From NCBI RefSeq assembly GCF_009914755.1, contig NC_060946.1: a stretch of DNA of 64,000 nt, one strand, 5' to 3'. Both the position numbers and the translations under genes were made by a program. This document shows positions 27,701 through 48,099 of the stretch, piece by piece; within the stretch, counting starts at the first letter, position 1; each line of letters starts with the position of its first letter. The notes beneath the pieces are model-generated. The model saw only the letters and a program-made list of their open reading frames with translations, made no database searches and was not told the origin of the DNA. This DNA is from the human T2T-CHM13v2.0 reference genome, Homo sapiens.

Positions 27701-27884
27701 GTAGGTATTATGGAATGTCTGATCCAAACAAGGTTACACAGATGGCAGAACTTTATTGAACCTAGTGTATGCAGCTTTAAAGGCCATGCTTTCTACATTA
27801 ATCCACATTGCCTTCTGTGAACCACCCACTCCCCTCCCTCAGGAGGAATTACTTGAAAACAATGACGTTGGATGTTGATTGGTG

Positions 27885-28066
27885 GTCCACAAAGGGTGGT
27901 TCCTGGTTCTGCAACAGCAGCATTGCCTGGAAACTTGTTAGAAGTGCAAATACCAGGCCCCAGCCCAGATCTACGGGGTCAGAAGCACTGAGGGTGGGGC
28001 CCATAAGTCTTTTTAACAAGCACTTCAGGGCATTCTGATGTACACTCAAGAATGAGCACCTCTGCC
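27885..28066. mobile_element. MER5A-like hAT DNA transposon
   Basis: agcagcattgcctggaaacttgttagaagtgcaaat...gggtggggccca...ttttaacaagc; related remnants at ~25955-26065 and ~28700-28860. Confidence 0.75.
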
Positions 28067-30645
28067 AGAAATGAACAAATCAACTTCATTTTGGTTTAAT
28101 TATTTTCTGGGCACCGTTTGCCAGAGCTGGGGGAGTAGAGATAAGCCAGATGAGGCTCTTGACCTCAAGGACTCCGAGTCTGGTGGTGATAGCCAGATCA
28201 GCACTCCACATCCAGCCAGCCATCTCTTAGTTGGGGGCATTTGCAACTAGCATCCATGTTTTCCTGGCAATGCCAAACTTTCAAACTTCCAGCCATTCAT
28301 ACTCATATCCTCTGCCTCCACTTTCTCATCTGAAAGGCTCCTCCTCATGCTTCAATACCCAGCTTCAATATCCCCCTCCCTGAGGCCTCCCAGCAGAATT
28401 AATTGCCCCTCACCTGAGAAGGGTCCTGCAGCAGGGCCTTCCATCCTTGCTCAGGACGTAATCACATTGCAATCACATTGCATTAGCAGTGCTTGTTGGA
28501 AAAGTAGTGTCTCCAACCCAGCTGTAAGTAATTTGAAGGTGAGCACTCTGTTCCCTTCATCTTCTATCCAGAGCCCAGCACAGGGCCTGGCACACAGTAG
28601 AAGCTAATAAATGCTTGATGAATGAATTAATACTTAAAGGCAGCTCTGAAGGATAGCAAAGGCTCACGTGCACAGCCTGAGAGAGTACAGAGTTGACCTG
28701 AGTGGGGACCCAGATCCAGCAGCATCAGCACCCACACACCCAGGAGCCTGTCAGCAAGGCACAGTTCAGGACCCACCCCAGACTTACTGAATCAGAGGCT
28801 GCTTTCACACAAGATGGCCAAGGGACCTCTTTGCATTTTAAAGTTTGAGAAATTCTGCCAAGGGCAAACTTACCCTTCTGCATTCATAATTGAAGGGATT
28901 ATAAACAAAGTTGATGTCATCCACACAGAACACCTATAGAGGCTCTGTCAGTTGAAGCCATTTTCTTCTCCCCTTGGGAGAGCTCCCAACTTGACATGTT
29001 CTGGAAAACTGAGGGGCCCAGGGAGAGCCCTTTATTTTCTCTTACCCAGGACATAGCTGGTGGGTAGCATTCTGAGAAGACGGCAGACAGCACTTCCTCC
29101 CTCAGCCAAACCCTTGGCATTGCAAAGGCTTCCAAGAAAGATACAGAGAGTTTAGTTCTGGTCGAAAAGTCCCCACTTATCTAAGAATGCAATCAATAAT
29201 GGCAAGGGGAAATCAATGGGGCCAGGAGATCTATCTCTCTGTGTATTTATGGAGCGTGGATCCCTGGTTGGCAGGAGGCTTCGGCAGACCAGATGGAGCC
29301 TGTGCCTGCTTCCCGGAGATCCTGATTCCCTTTCCAAGAATTATGGAGTGTCCTTTGTCTCTGCTCGATAACACCCTGGAGTTACAGAGCCATTTAGAAA
29401 TGAATTGGCTCATTTTTCTCCCTTCCCCTTGCTTATAGTGACAGGTCACCCGGGCCAAAGAGTTATTAAAGGGACAGATAGGACACTTTGCACATTCCGT
29501 CTGGCTCCACCAGCCTTCCTGTCAGCGGCAGGCCCCAAAGCTCTAACTCCTTGTCAAAGAAATAACATTCGAGGAAAAAAAAAACAACAGGTAAAAAACT
29601 TGAGGCAAGGGTATTTTATTTTATTCCAAGTACTTTTTCCATTTTTTTCCATAGAATTTCCAATTATCTCTCACCTCTAAATATGCCATTGCTAAAAGTC
29701 TCATGAGCAAACTGAATGCATGGTTTATTTTTCCCAAAGTTAGCAAAACCATCTCCTAAAATTAAATTTACCTCCAGAGGAGGATTTAGACAAGTCACTT
29801 AACCTCTCTGGTCTGTTTCCCCATCTATGAGGATGACAATCCCAGCTGCTAAAGTCACTTCAAGGAAAGTGCTTCATACGGTGCGTGAAGCCTAGGAGAT
29901 ACTCAATAGTTATTCATTCATATTTATCTACAAAGTATTATTATTAGAATATTAATTGCTATTTCCTGAGCTCTTACATATCTCAGGCTCTGTATGAAGT
30001 TGTCAGAACTTTTCACAGGCAGTGGCTTGAGCAGAGGTTGAAGCTTTGGCCCTGCCATTTACTAGCTGGGGATGGGGTGTTGGGCCATCATGGGAAAATC
30101 AACATCCCTCTAGGCTTGGACCCAGGGCGCCTGCAAGGTGGGGGTGGAGATCCTGCATGAAGCCGCACTGAGATGAGGGTGCCTAATGTAGCCTCAGCTC
30201 CACTCTGTGCAGCAACAATTCTATGAAGCCCTCCAGAGGGATCTGAGCTCCTCCTGGAAGCCTCTGCTAAGGATTCTGAGGTGATGTTGTGTATCTCAGT
30301 CCCTGGGGATGGAGCTTTTGGGGTAGTTGGTAATACTAATAAATTCAGAGCTATATTTAGTTCCGGTCTTTAATGTTCTCTACAGCTCTCTACAGCTCAC
30401 ATGACTGTCTCCCTGTCCATGGCTGTGTTACGGCTCACTAGAAGGCAGCTTTTCCAAACTTATCAAATGGGTCATGTCCAGCTCATCTCTGTAAGAATGG
30501 AAAGCCTCCTGAGAATGTGCTCTATGACCTTCCACTCACCCCTAGATTAGGATATGTGGGATGCCCATAAGCCCCCAAATCCAAAATACTCTACTCTTGC
30601 AGAGTAAAAACCAAACAAACAAACAAAAAAAAAAAAAAAAACACC

Positions 30646-30942
<297 letters not shown>

Positions 30943-31376
30943 CCTATATTCTGTAGCAGACTGGCTAACCGATTCTGTAACAGAACAATTCTTCCTCCTT
31001 CCAAGTATCCATATCCTTTGCCAGGTAACTGCCCCACACCCTTGACTCTGGGCTCTGTGACGGGGCTTTGTCCAGAAGCATGAGAACGCACCTGCTCATT
31101 TTGTTCTCACGCTTCCATTTGCTGTCATGAGAAGGACATGCCTGAGACAGCCCGCCATTCATGACAGCATAGATTTTTCTATTTATTACAACCACTTCCT
31201 GGCAGATGGCAACAAAGTTTCTAATTTTCTCAAAGGTGGGTTAGCAGATGTCCTAATACCATTCTTCCCCACATCCCAGTATTGACTTCACTTCCTGTGT
31301 ATTTCTCAAAGCAGTCCCCCTTCTCTGCTTGCATGGTTTGTCTTTTTAATCCCTGTCTAGCAGCAAGGTTTGTGCT

Positions 31377-31681
31377 TTCTTTTTTTCTTTTTCTTTTTTT
31401 GAAATGGAATCTCACTCTATCGCCCAGGCTGGAGTGCAATGGCGCAATCTCGGCTCACTACAACCTCCGCTTCCCAGGTTCAAGTGATTCTCCTGCCTCA
31501 GCCTACTGAGTAGCTGGGATTACAGGCATGTGCCACCATGCTTGGCTGTTTTTTGTATTTTTAGTTGAGACAGGGTTTCGCCAAGTTGGCCAGGCTGGTC
31601 TCGAACTCCTGACCTCAAGTGATCCGCCTGCCTCAGTCTCCCAAAGTGCTGGGATTACAGGTGTGAAAAACTGCACCCAGT
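31377..31681 (-). mobile_element. AluS SINE
   Basis: Reverse Alu; TSD tttgtgcttt. Confidence 0.95.
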
Positions 31682-31780
31682 GCTTTGTGCTTTATAAATA
31701 TGTTCTGAATGAATGAAGGAAGCATCAGCAATAGAGACATTAGCAGAAAATAGTAAGATAAGAATATGAGAAAATATTAA

Positions 31781-32311
<531 letters not shown>

Positions 32312-33933
32312 TCACATGGCACCCCAAGGCAGTAGCAAGGGGAGAGGAGAGAGAACTAGAAAGAAGACTTACACCTTTGGATAAGGAGCTGCAAGTGGGA
32401 GAGTTAAGGGGAGCCTCCAGGGGAAGTGCTGCAAAGAGAATTCTTTGCTGTGCAGGGGCCTGCACGAGGGCCTTGGATCGGGGTCCTGTGGGGCGAGGGT
32501 GGGCTGGGTGGAAACGTGGGTAAGCAGGCCTGACCCTGAGGCCAGGGCAGGTAAAGTATGGTTGCTGCTCCTCTGCCTGCATTGCCAGAGAGCTGCATGG
32601 TTAAGATGCAACATTCAGCACCGTCAGGAAGCTGGGCTCCAAAGACTCCCCGAGCCCTTTCCTTCCCCTACACCTTCTACTCCCACAGGGGTAAAGAGCA
32701 GGCCATTCTGCCTCCTAAGCCTCCATGGATGGGGGACTAAGTGGAGTTGCCTAGGCCTTCCCTTTTCTGAAACAAGAGCATCATAAAGTTTCTACAGCCA
32801 TCCCTGTCCCTGACTGCCCATAGCCCTCGTCCTGGGCCATCTCCGGTCCCATTCTGTGCCCACATTGTGCCCAGCTCCTGACTCTCCCAGGTCCAGGGAG
32901 GACAGTGCTGTCTCCATTCCTGCTTTGGTGGAGCTGTAACCACAACATGCCATGCTGCTAAGAACATGTTTCTATGGGGCTGTTTCCACGTGTGCCATCT
33001 CCTTAGTCTACTGCCTTCTCCAGGATATAACTCTCTATTTCCTCAGTCCTCACTTAGTGAAGTATGGCTTCATCACCAAGCATCTGTGAGATCCCACACG
33101 ACTCCTATGCCTTCTCTGGCCTTTTTTCCCCCACATTGAAATTACCGGATCTGGACCGGGTGATTGACAATGTCCAGGATCTGTTTCCCTTCCAAGAGCT
33201 GTGAGTCCATTAGAAAGATTCCTACAGCCCAGAATTTTCAAAGGGGGTGGGAGAAGGAAGGAAAGATTCTCCTTTCTCTGCTGAACCACTAAAGGATCAT
33301 TAAGCACTCAAAAGTCTAAGGCAACACAAAAATGCTTAATAATTGCCAGGGATTATTTATGAGGAATGGAAGAGAGGAAAGAAATGGGGAAATGAATGAT
33401 CTCAAGCTGGCAAAGTGGTTTTGCTCCCAGAGGACCAAGAAAGATGCTTAAAATTCAACTTCTTTTGAAGACAAAATGAAGGATTCAGCGAGCCAGGGGT
33501 TGCAGGTTGGGGGCTAACTCTATGGAGAAGGATGTGGGCCATTACCAGAGGAAACTGGCAGGGTTGGGGGTTAACCTGAATGACACCAGCTCCCTGCCCC
33601 TATTTGAAAAGAAGCTTTGAACAAAGAGAACAGGTTTGCCACAAGTATTACAGAACCAGGATTAATATCATTATATTCAAATATATCATACAAATAGGTA
33701 AGAAGAAAAAAACATTAACCCCAGTAGATAAATGAGCGAAGAACATAAACAGACTGTTCATAAAGGAAAAAATAAGTCACTTTTCTCTTAATAAACAAAA
33801 TACTGCAAACCCTCACTAACAAAGACATGTACCTAAAAATGACAATTAGACACAAATTTTTACCCGTAACATAAACTGAGTTGTTTTCTCTTAAGGAGTG
33901 TTCATTAGAACATGTCAAAAGCTGAGATAATAT

Positions 33934-34289
33934 TGTCTTAGTTTCCTTGGGCTGCAATAGCAAAATACCATCAACTAGGTGGTTTGTAAATAACAGAAAT
34001 TTATTTGTTACGGTTCTAGAGGCTGGAAGTCCAAGATCAAGGTACTAGACGATTCAGTAATGCTGAGGACCCATTTCCCCAGAGACGGTGACTTCTCACT
34101 GTGTCCTCACACAGTGGAAAAGGCAAGAGGCCTCCCTCGTGTTTCTTTTATAAGGGCACCAATCTTTTTACAAGAGTCCCACCCTCATGACCTAGGGGTC
34201 ATGAGGCCCCACCTCCTAATACCACCACCTTGAGGGTTATGATTTCAACATATAAATTTTGGGAGGACACAAATATTCAGACCACAGCA
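33934..34289 (-). mobile_element. MaLR solo LTR (MLT1A-like)
   Basis: tgtcttagt...aacagaaatttattt...ggctggaagtccaagatcaagg...attcagaccacagca. Confidence 0.85.
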
Positions 34290-34722
34290 GATTCACTTGC
34301 TGATAAGCAGGTAAATGTGTCCAATTTTCTTTGAAATATGTAACAATAGTCATAAAAAGTTCATATCCTTTGGCCCTGTAATTTCATCCCTAGAAATTTA
34401 ACCCAAGAAAATAATTAAAGATATGAACACAGTACCTATACAGGAATAGTCATCACAGGATTAATTACAGTAGAGAAATATTGGAAGCAACCCAGTTGTC
34501 AAACAAGGAAATGGCTAAGTGAAGGTATGTTAACATAATGAAACACATGCAGGCGTTAGAAGTCATGTTTTCAAAAAACACTTCAATGGCATGAAGAATT
34601 TCTTCTAATATGATGTTGACTGAAAATACAAGCCGGGAAAACTGAATATGTCATAATATCCGTAGGCAAAAACGTGTACTTTTGGAATATATAAGCATGG
34701 GCATAGAAAAGAAGGTAGAAGA

Positions 34723-35037
<315 letters not shown>

Positions 35038-35260
35038 CTAACAGTCATCAGGACTCAGGAAAACAGAGCAGAAAAACAACCAGAAAAAAGTCTCATGGTG
35101 GCCAACATCCACCAGGAAAACAAAGAAAGAGGGAAGCCTATTCAGAATAGAGAGGAAGACCACCCTTGGGAGGAGGAAAAGACCACCTCCTACAGGAAAG
35201 ACCTCCAGCCTACAGGAAAGAATAAACAGAAACAGGCTCGCCGACTCGCCCCTAATTTTC

Positions 35261-35940
<680 letters not shown>

Positions 35941-36460
35941 GCCCCTAATTTTCAATGGGCCATACCCAATAGGCAGGTCAATGATGGGATGAATAGAGGT
36001 GGAGATGATATGGAAATGTTCATGGAGGAGATGAGAGGAATCAGGAGAGAATAAGGAGCTACAATTGAGGAATTGTCTGTGTATCCTTATGGGAAGCTGT
36101 GTAATCCCCATGACCATCATGATGAATTTTGCCAATGCCTGGACTCCTGCCATTTTCCATGAGGTTAATATTGTGATTCCCATTGTTTTCTTTTTCCTTG
36201 CATTTTCCTAATATGTCTTTACTCATTTGCTGTGAACCTTATGTTATTTCCATGTGTCAGGTGAGTCTTGTGCTTCCAGCTTCTAGCTTGATGTTTGCAG
36301 ATGATCGATAAATGTCAATAAATAAAGCCTTTGTACCCAGTCTGTTTCTGTCATCAGTAGAACTTTGCTCATTTGCATGGAAAAAATGTAAAGTTAATAG
36401 AGCAATTAAAAAGCAGTCTATACATTTATTATTGTCTCATTTTTAAGAATGTATACTTAT

Positions 36461-41045
<4,585 letters not shown>

Positions 41046-41152
41046 TCAGATGAAAGTTGAGATCCTACAGGAACAATTAGGCTGAGATAATATTTCCTTT
41101 TAAATTATATAATATAAGCCTTCTGCCCTTTCTGAATAGAACACTGTAAAAT

Positions 41153-41207
41153 TATATATATATATACGTATATATATATATACACATATATATGTATATA
41201 TATATAC

Positions 41208-41263
<56 letters not shown>

Positions 41264-41268
41264 ATATA
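41153..41268. repeat. Interrupted (TA)n/(TG)n microsatellite
   Basis: ~115 bp of alternating TA with CA/TG/CG interruptions. Confidence 0.95.
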
Positions 41269-41591
41269 TTAGCCATTTATTCCACAAACACAGGGCACAT
41301 TTGTGTCCAACATTATGGTAGATTTTAAAGATATGAAGATAACTAAGTCAGAGACCCTGACCCCAAAGACTTTGCCATGGGGATTGGGGGAAGTACACTA
41401 GTAATTACAGTAGGATACAAATGGCACAACAGAAACATGCTGAAGGCGAGACTAACTCCTCAATGAGTGATGGGAAAGTTTCTTGGTGGGAAGTGGGGAA
41501 AGTTATTTGAATGGGTCTTCAAAGATGCATAGAGGTTAGCCAGATAGACAAAGAGAAGGCAGGACATTTCAGGTAGAAGGAATTGCATGTG

Positions 41592-42068
41592 TGTGGTAGG
41601 TAGATTGCCCCCCAAGCCCACCAAAGACATTCATGTCTTAATCCCCAGAACCTGCGAATATGTCACTTTAAGGTAATGGACTTCTCAGATGTGATTAAGG
41701 TTAAGGCAATTAGCCTGGATTTCCCAGGCGGGCCCAATCTAATCACATGAGTCCTTAAACTCAGAGACTCCCCTGGCTGTGGTCAGCGGGAGATGAGACT
41801 ACATAAGAATGCCAGAGAGCTGGGATATTGCTGGCCTTGTAGATGGAGGGAGGGCTGAGGCATATGGCAGCCCCCTGGAGCTGGGGATGATAAGGAAACT
41901 GATCCTTCCCTAGAGCCTCCAAGAAGAAAAGCAGCCCCACCAACACTTTGATTTTCAGCTCAGTGAGACATGCTTCAGACTTCTAACTTACAGAAAGGTA
42001 ACACCATTTGTGTTTTTTCAAGCCACTAGCCTTGTGGTGATTTGTTACAGCAGCAACGTACACTAATG
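41592..42068 (+). mobile_element. MaLR solo LTR (MLT1D-like)
   Basis: taatccccagaacctgcgaatatgtcac, gatgtgattaaggttaagg, ccctagagcctcca, gtgatttgttacagcagca. Confidence 0.8.
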
Positions 42069-42620
42069 CACCTGCAAAGGCATGGAGACGCAGACTGAAT
42101 CACATTCCTTGGCCCTCTTGGCCCTTATCTCTGGCTTTTTCTGCAGACCAGGTTCAGCAGCACCTCCTCCAGGAAGCCTTCCAAAACTTGCCCAGACTAA
42201 GCAAACTCTTCTCTCCCATGTGCCTCCGCACACCTCTCCTACTGAATGACTCACGTATGGAACACATAGGACAATGGGAGTCTGCATCACAGACTGGTCA
42301 CATCCTCATGAAACTCACCTCTTCCTCAGCCCACAGCCCATTGGTGTCTCGGTGGGTCCCTGTGCCTCGTTCTCACTGATGGAATCTGAGCAGAAGTGAG
42401 GGGTCACTTCCAGGACAGGGCAGTCAAGGGCAAAAGGGGCTCCTGCAGGCTCTTCTTCCCTCTCCTCCTCAGATGCTCTGTGTGAGCTACAGATGGAAGG
42501 AATCAAAGCCCTGAGTCAGTACTGGGAAGAGACCTGCCTAATAGGAGCCTCCACAGAGGTCTGCACATAAACGAGAAATCGGCGTTTATTGTCTTAATTC
42601 CTTGGTTCTGGGCAATTTTA

Positions 42621-43099
<479 letters not shown>

Positions 43100-44092
43100 T
43101 CACAGAAACACATTGTGAAGATTGGCAGGGGATCAGAGGGGTTCCCACTGCAGCAAGGCAAACAACCACAGGGAAGCAGCAGGGCCCCCTCCCACGGGAA
43201 ATCCCCTGGCCCTTGTCCTCACCTGGTTCCAGTTTTCTTCCATGTTTCTGGTTCCTTTCTCTCCACCCTCCATTCTGTTTCAACTCCTATTCAGCAGGAA
43301 AATCAGTATCTCATCCAGGTGGCTACTCGTCTGAAATCCTGCACCTGCAAGATATCAGAGCCACCTTAAGCAGACATTAAGCAGACCAGACTCCTGAACG
43401 TACTAAATGACACTTACCTGTGGGATGTGGTGCACACCTGGCATCTGTCTCAGAGACTGGCCAGGCAAAGCCATGTGCTTCTCAACTGACTGCTCATTCC
43501 AATCCCCTGGGGAGCTTTCAAACGGCAGATGTCCCTGAAATTCTCATTTAATTGGTGAGAGGCGGGGCCCATCTCATGAGATGACTAGGATGTGAAGTCC
43601 AGCACGAGAGCCCTGGCAGAACCTCCACTTTGGGATGTGGGGGCTCAACACTGTGATCTCAGTACTGAAGCTTGAGCCCTACCAAGGCACTTTCCCAAAT
43701 GAAGACCCTCTCTCCCTTAGGGGAGCCCCCATGCTGGCTAAGTTTCTTTGTTTATCTCTTTACATCTGATTCTGTGCCATTCTCCCTCCCTGGGCTGTGC
43801 GCTGTCTGCTCCTGGCTGGGGGCTGGGTCTTATCCTTCTGGATGAAGCAGGTGCTCAGCGAATGTTTGGAGAGGGATGGAGTGGGTGGGAGTGAGGTAGT
43901 GGGAGAGGGATGGAACTGCAGGAAGGAAGCCCAGCCCAGAGGATGGAACCAAGGCGTCACTGGCCTGCTTTCAGAGACATTTCCCATTGCAGAAAGGGTC
44001 TGGGTCATAACCCAGTTAGACTAGCATTCTGCACCGCAGCTGAGTTGGAAATTATGATCCCCTGGCTTTACTGCCAGCCTGCTTCTCCTAGA

Positions 44093-44296
44093 GCACCATT
44101 TCTCAAATTCAGCTCTACTGACATTTTAGGTCAAATAATTCTTCATCAGCCTGGGAGAGATGTCCTGTACATTGCAGGAGGTTTGCAGCATCTCTGGCCC
44201 TACCCACTAGATAACCCAGTTGAAACAACTAAAAATTACTTCAGACATTGCCAAATGCCCCATAGGCAGCAGAATCACCCCAACTGAGAACCACTG
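44093..44296. mobile_element. MER20 hAT DNA transposon
   Basis: tttctcaa...actgacatttt...ataattctt...tgtcctgtacattgcaggagg...cagacattgccaaatg...tgagaaccactg. Confidence 0.85.
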
Positions 44297-45389
44297 TCCT
44301 GGAGGTTTAAGTCTTCTCAACTACAGCCCCCACCCCAGCCACGTCGAGGCTCCCATGAGCCCCTCACAGCAGTTTTGAGAACAGAATGAGCTTTATAGGG
44401 TAATGTACTTAGCACAGCACTGGCTAAGTACCGTGAAAGACTTAATACATGTCAGTTACTAGTAGTACAAACTCTGAGAGACAGACTACTTGCATGCATG
44501 GGGAAGGAAACCGAGGTTCAGAGTCACAAAGTGACATGCCCAAGGTCACACAGCTGGCATCCAAATTTAGACCTGTTGGACTTCAAAACTTTTGTCCTAT
44601 TCATCTGAGACACTGTCTCTCTTCATCAGGCAATGGAAAGAGCGCATCTGCTCCCACACCTGTGAGCTGAACCCATCATGCAATCCTCAGGAAAGTCTGC
44701 AGACAAGATGCCCCAGCCAAAGGCTGAAATCCATAAATCCAGCAAGACCCCAGCCCTGAGGTCAGAGTGGGAGTGACAAGGAAGGACTCCCATGACCAGG
44801 AGGAGAACCAGGTCTCTCGCCATCTCTGGACCTTTCTGTCTCTGCATTTCCACACATGGGGTGTGTACCTCCCCTTCAATGGTGAGCCCCAAAGGGCAAG
44901 GACTATGTCTGTTGGTTTCTCAGAGCCAGGTAGGAATGCAGTCTGAGAAAGAAGAAAGAAGCCTATCATTAAGACACAAAATCAGAGTAACTCTAGCAGC
45001 AAAAATGAAATGAAAATGCAGTTTTGTTATTATAAACTCAAGCTACATCAATCCCTCTAATCTGAGGGAAAGATTGGCCCAGAAGCCTGGGGCAGGCCTG
45101 AACCTTCAGGTCAAGGAGCTGCAGCTGTGTGATCCAGGAGCAGGTGGAGGCCAGGAAGCAGGGCAGGTCATGGCCCCCCAAAAGTCTTGTTACTGCCCAA
45201 GGCCAGGCTCCCAGGTCTCTGATGTCTTCAGAATTCAGGCAGAGTCAGTGGCTGTAGCCACCGCCTGGACACCCCCTGTAGTGCCCCCGAGTACTGTGGT
45301 GAAAGGTGACTTCTTTTTCCTTCCTTTTAAGCCCAGGAGGCTAATAATAAAATACTCTCTGTTTCTGAGTCTACAGGAGAAAATGCCTT

Positions 45390-45640
45390 CTAAATCCATT
45401 AAGTTGCTAATGCGTGCATTTGCAGACCAGAAAGAAAGGTGCAGGATTGATGGATGTACTTGTCATATTTATGGTTTGTAGCCATGTGATTAATGGGCTC
45501 TGTGGTTTATAATGCAATGCTCATTTCACTCTCCTCTTTAAGCTCTGGGTGATTTATAGAACATTTATAGGGCATTGCTATTGCATTTCAATGGAATGAC
45601 AGTGATAACATTTTATCACCCTGGATTATCAATTAGTCTC
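45390..45640. promoter_or_regulatory. Candidate homeodomain (PBX-HOX/MEIS) enhancer
   Basis: No recognisable repeat; TGATGGAT 45448, TGATTAATGG 45487, TGATTTAT 45550, TTGTCA 45460, TGACAG 45597, TTTATGG 45468. Confidence 0.45.
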
Positions 45641-46152
45641 CTTTGAGAAAAGGATGTCCCGGACTTAGTATGGGAACAGGGTGAGGAGAGGGGATGCTTC
45701 TCGGGAACATTTGCATGGTCACCTGGAGTTCATGGCCTTTCTCCCTGAGAGCTGCCTCCTCGTTCCTCTCTAGGATGAATGGGCTGCACGTGTTCAAAGA
45801 CAGCACAGGAGCTGGGAGCCTTCTACCCCCAAAGCCCTCCTCTCATCCCTCACCATGCTGTGCAGCAGCTACTCATGGGTCTCTACCCACCCTGAGCCAG
45901 ATTCCACATGCAGCCTCCAGAGAAATCCCCTTCTCACATCACACCCTTTCCTGGCCCTCCATAACCCTCACTGCTTTCTCGATGTGTGACCTTGGCTACC
46001 CTAGATGGCCCCTCTGAATCTCAGTCTCCTCATCTGTAAAATGGAAAATGGGGAAAGTTTTTGGAAAAAGTAAAATGAAAAAAAAATTGCAGAGTGGTCG
46101 AGAGCATCAAATTGTTTAGCACAGTACCTGAGATGCACGCCTTATGCTGCAG

Positions 46153-46153
<1 letters not shown>

Positions 46154-46186
<33 letters not shown>
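46154..46186. repeat. (CA)n microsatellite at the end of a MIR
   Basis: Pure CA run; MIR core at ~45985-46140. Confidence 0.95.
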
Positions 46187-46189
<3 letters not shown>

Positions 46190-46966
46190 TTGCTGTTCAT
46201 CCATCCAGCTGCTGTTACCTCAGACCAGAATTCCTTCCACTTCTTCATCCAGTGAAATCATATTCCTCCTTCAAGGCTTAACCAGAATGCCCCCTCTTCT
46301 CTGAAACCTGCCTGATTCTCCAATATGACATTATTCCCCTGCCCTTTCTCTGCACTCATCCCATTGAATTTGCCCCTGTTTCTCTCTGCTCTACAAGCCT
46401 TGTTTCCTCTGTGGGTCTGTGATGTCCTTGAGGGTGAGACTGGGCCCAAGACACGTCTGTCACCCACACCTAGTGCAGGGCCTGGTACCTAGTAGGTGAT
46501 TAATACAAGGACTCAGAAGGGGCAAGGGCAGGTTGAGCAGGAACCTAGGGCATAGGCAGGAGCCCAGGTATATTCTGGTAGCTCTTGAGAACCAGAACGC
46601 ACACAGCACAGCCAATGAGGAAACCCAAACATGGGTCTACCTATCCACATGCAGCCACCTGTCCCCTCCACTTTATTTTCATCCTCTTTATCCTCATCCT
46701 CTGTTCTGACTCTGCCCTCAGTCATTCATCCAACAGCTATGAATAGATTCCCACAATGTGCCAGATGCTAGATATGCACAGTGAACCAAACAGAGACAGC
46801 CCCTGCCCTCGTGGGTTTACAATCTGGTGGGGACCGTAATAAACAAAGAAGCACACAAATGAGTAATTACAAATTTGACAAGAGCTAAGAAGGCCAAAGA
46901 GGGAAATGAGAACTGGAACAGCCCGGAAGACCTACTCCAGAGAGGGTATTAGGGAGACCTCTCCAA

Positions 46967-47370
46967 GTGTCTTAGTCTGTTTGCTGTTGCTTTAACAGAA
47001 TACTTGAAACTGGGTGATTTACTTGAAAAGAGATTTATTTAGCTCAGGATTCTGGAGGCTGGGAAGTCCAAGGAGCATAGTGCTGGCATCTGCTCACCTT
47101 CTGCTGAGGGTCTCGTGCTGCATCACAACATTGCAGAGAAGTTGAAGGGAAAGCCAGCGTGTTAAAGGGCAAAGACAAGAGGCGGCCATTCTCAAAGGTA
47201 ACTATTCCAGACCCTCGAGCACAAATGCAGTCTTAAGAGAACTGTATTAATTCATTCATGGGAGCAGAGCCCACATGACCCAAAGGCCTCTTAAAGTCCT
47301 CACCACCTCTCAATACTGTAACATCGGCAATTAAATTTGAACATGAGTTTTGGTCTGGACAAACCACAGC
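46967..47370 (-). mobile_element. MaLR solo LTR (MSTC/D-like)
   Basis: tgtcttagtctgtttgctgttgct...ggaggctgggaagtccaagg...tcttaaagtcctcaccacctctcaatactg...aaaccacagca. Confidence 0.8.
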
Positions 47371-48099
47371 ATCCAGGAACTAGCATTCTAGCTGAATGGT
47401 GAAAGGAAGCAAGGGTTATTCATAGTCAGGATACCAGCCAGTCTATGTGGCTTTGTATGAATCAGGAAAAAAAGGCTCCCCTCTCCAGGCAGACACAGCC
47501 CTGAGCAAGCACTCATCATGGGAAGAACACAGGCTGATTTCAGTCCCCACTTGCCCCCAGTGGTAGGAGTGCCCTTGTACAGTGCACAACCTACACAACT
47601 GAACACAGTGTATGAGTGTCCCATTTCTGGACTCACTCCATTTCTGGATTTGATGACCCCATTGGATTTCTGGATTTTAACCTTTTGTGTTTCTGAGGGT
47701 CTAAGTTCTCATTTGCCATTTGTCCCCTCCCATTCCTGGCTGCCCTGGATTACACCCCACCCCACAGATCCAGCTCTTAACTCTGGAAAGCAGATCTTGA
47801 TTTGAACACCTGACTGGTGTTTCTAGGAACTAATATCAGCCAGCAAATAAGAGGATATAGATACCAAAGCAGAAAATTAATCATCAAGTTATAAGTTAGC
47901 ACACAGAGAAAGCAAAGAGCACTGACTAGAAGCCCCCTAAGGGCAGGGATCACAGTAGATCCCCAGCAGCCACACAGTGCCTGGCACAGACAGGGCACAC
48001 CATTGCATGAGTAGAAATAGACATCTGTAAAATAGACAGCTGTGTAAACACATCCATAGTTCAAATTTGTACAGGCAGAGGATATAAACTGGAAAGGAG

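Noticed and set aside
32614-32634. TTCAGCACC as a REST/RE1 site
   Set aside because: Left half-site only; the GGACAG half is missing at the canonical spacing.
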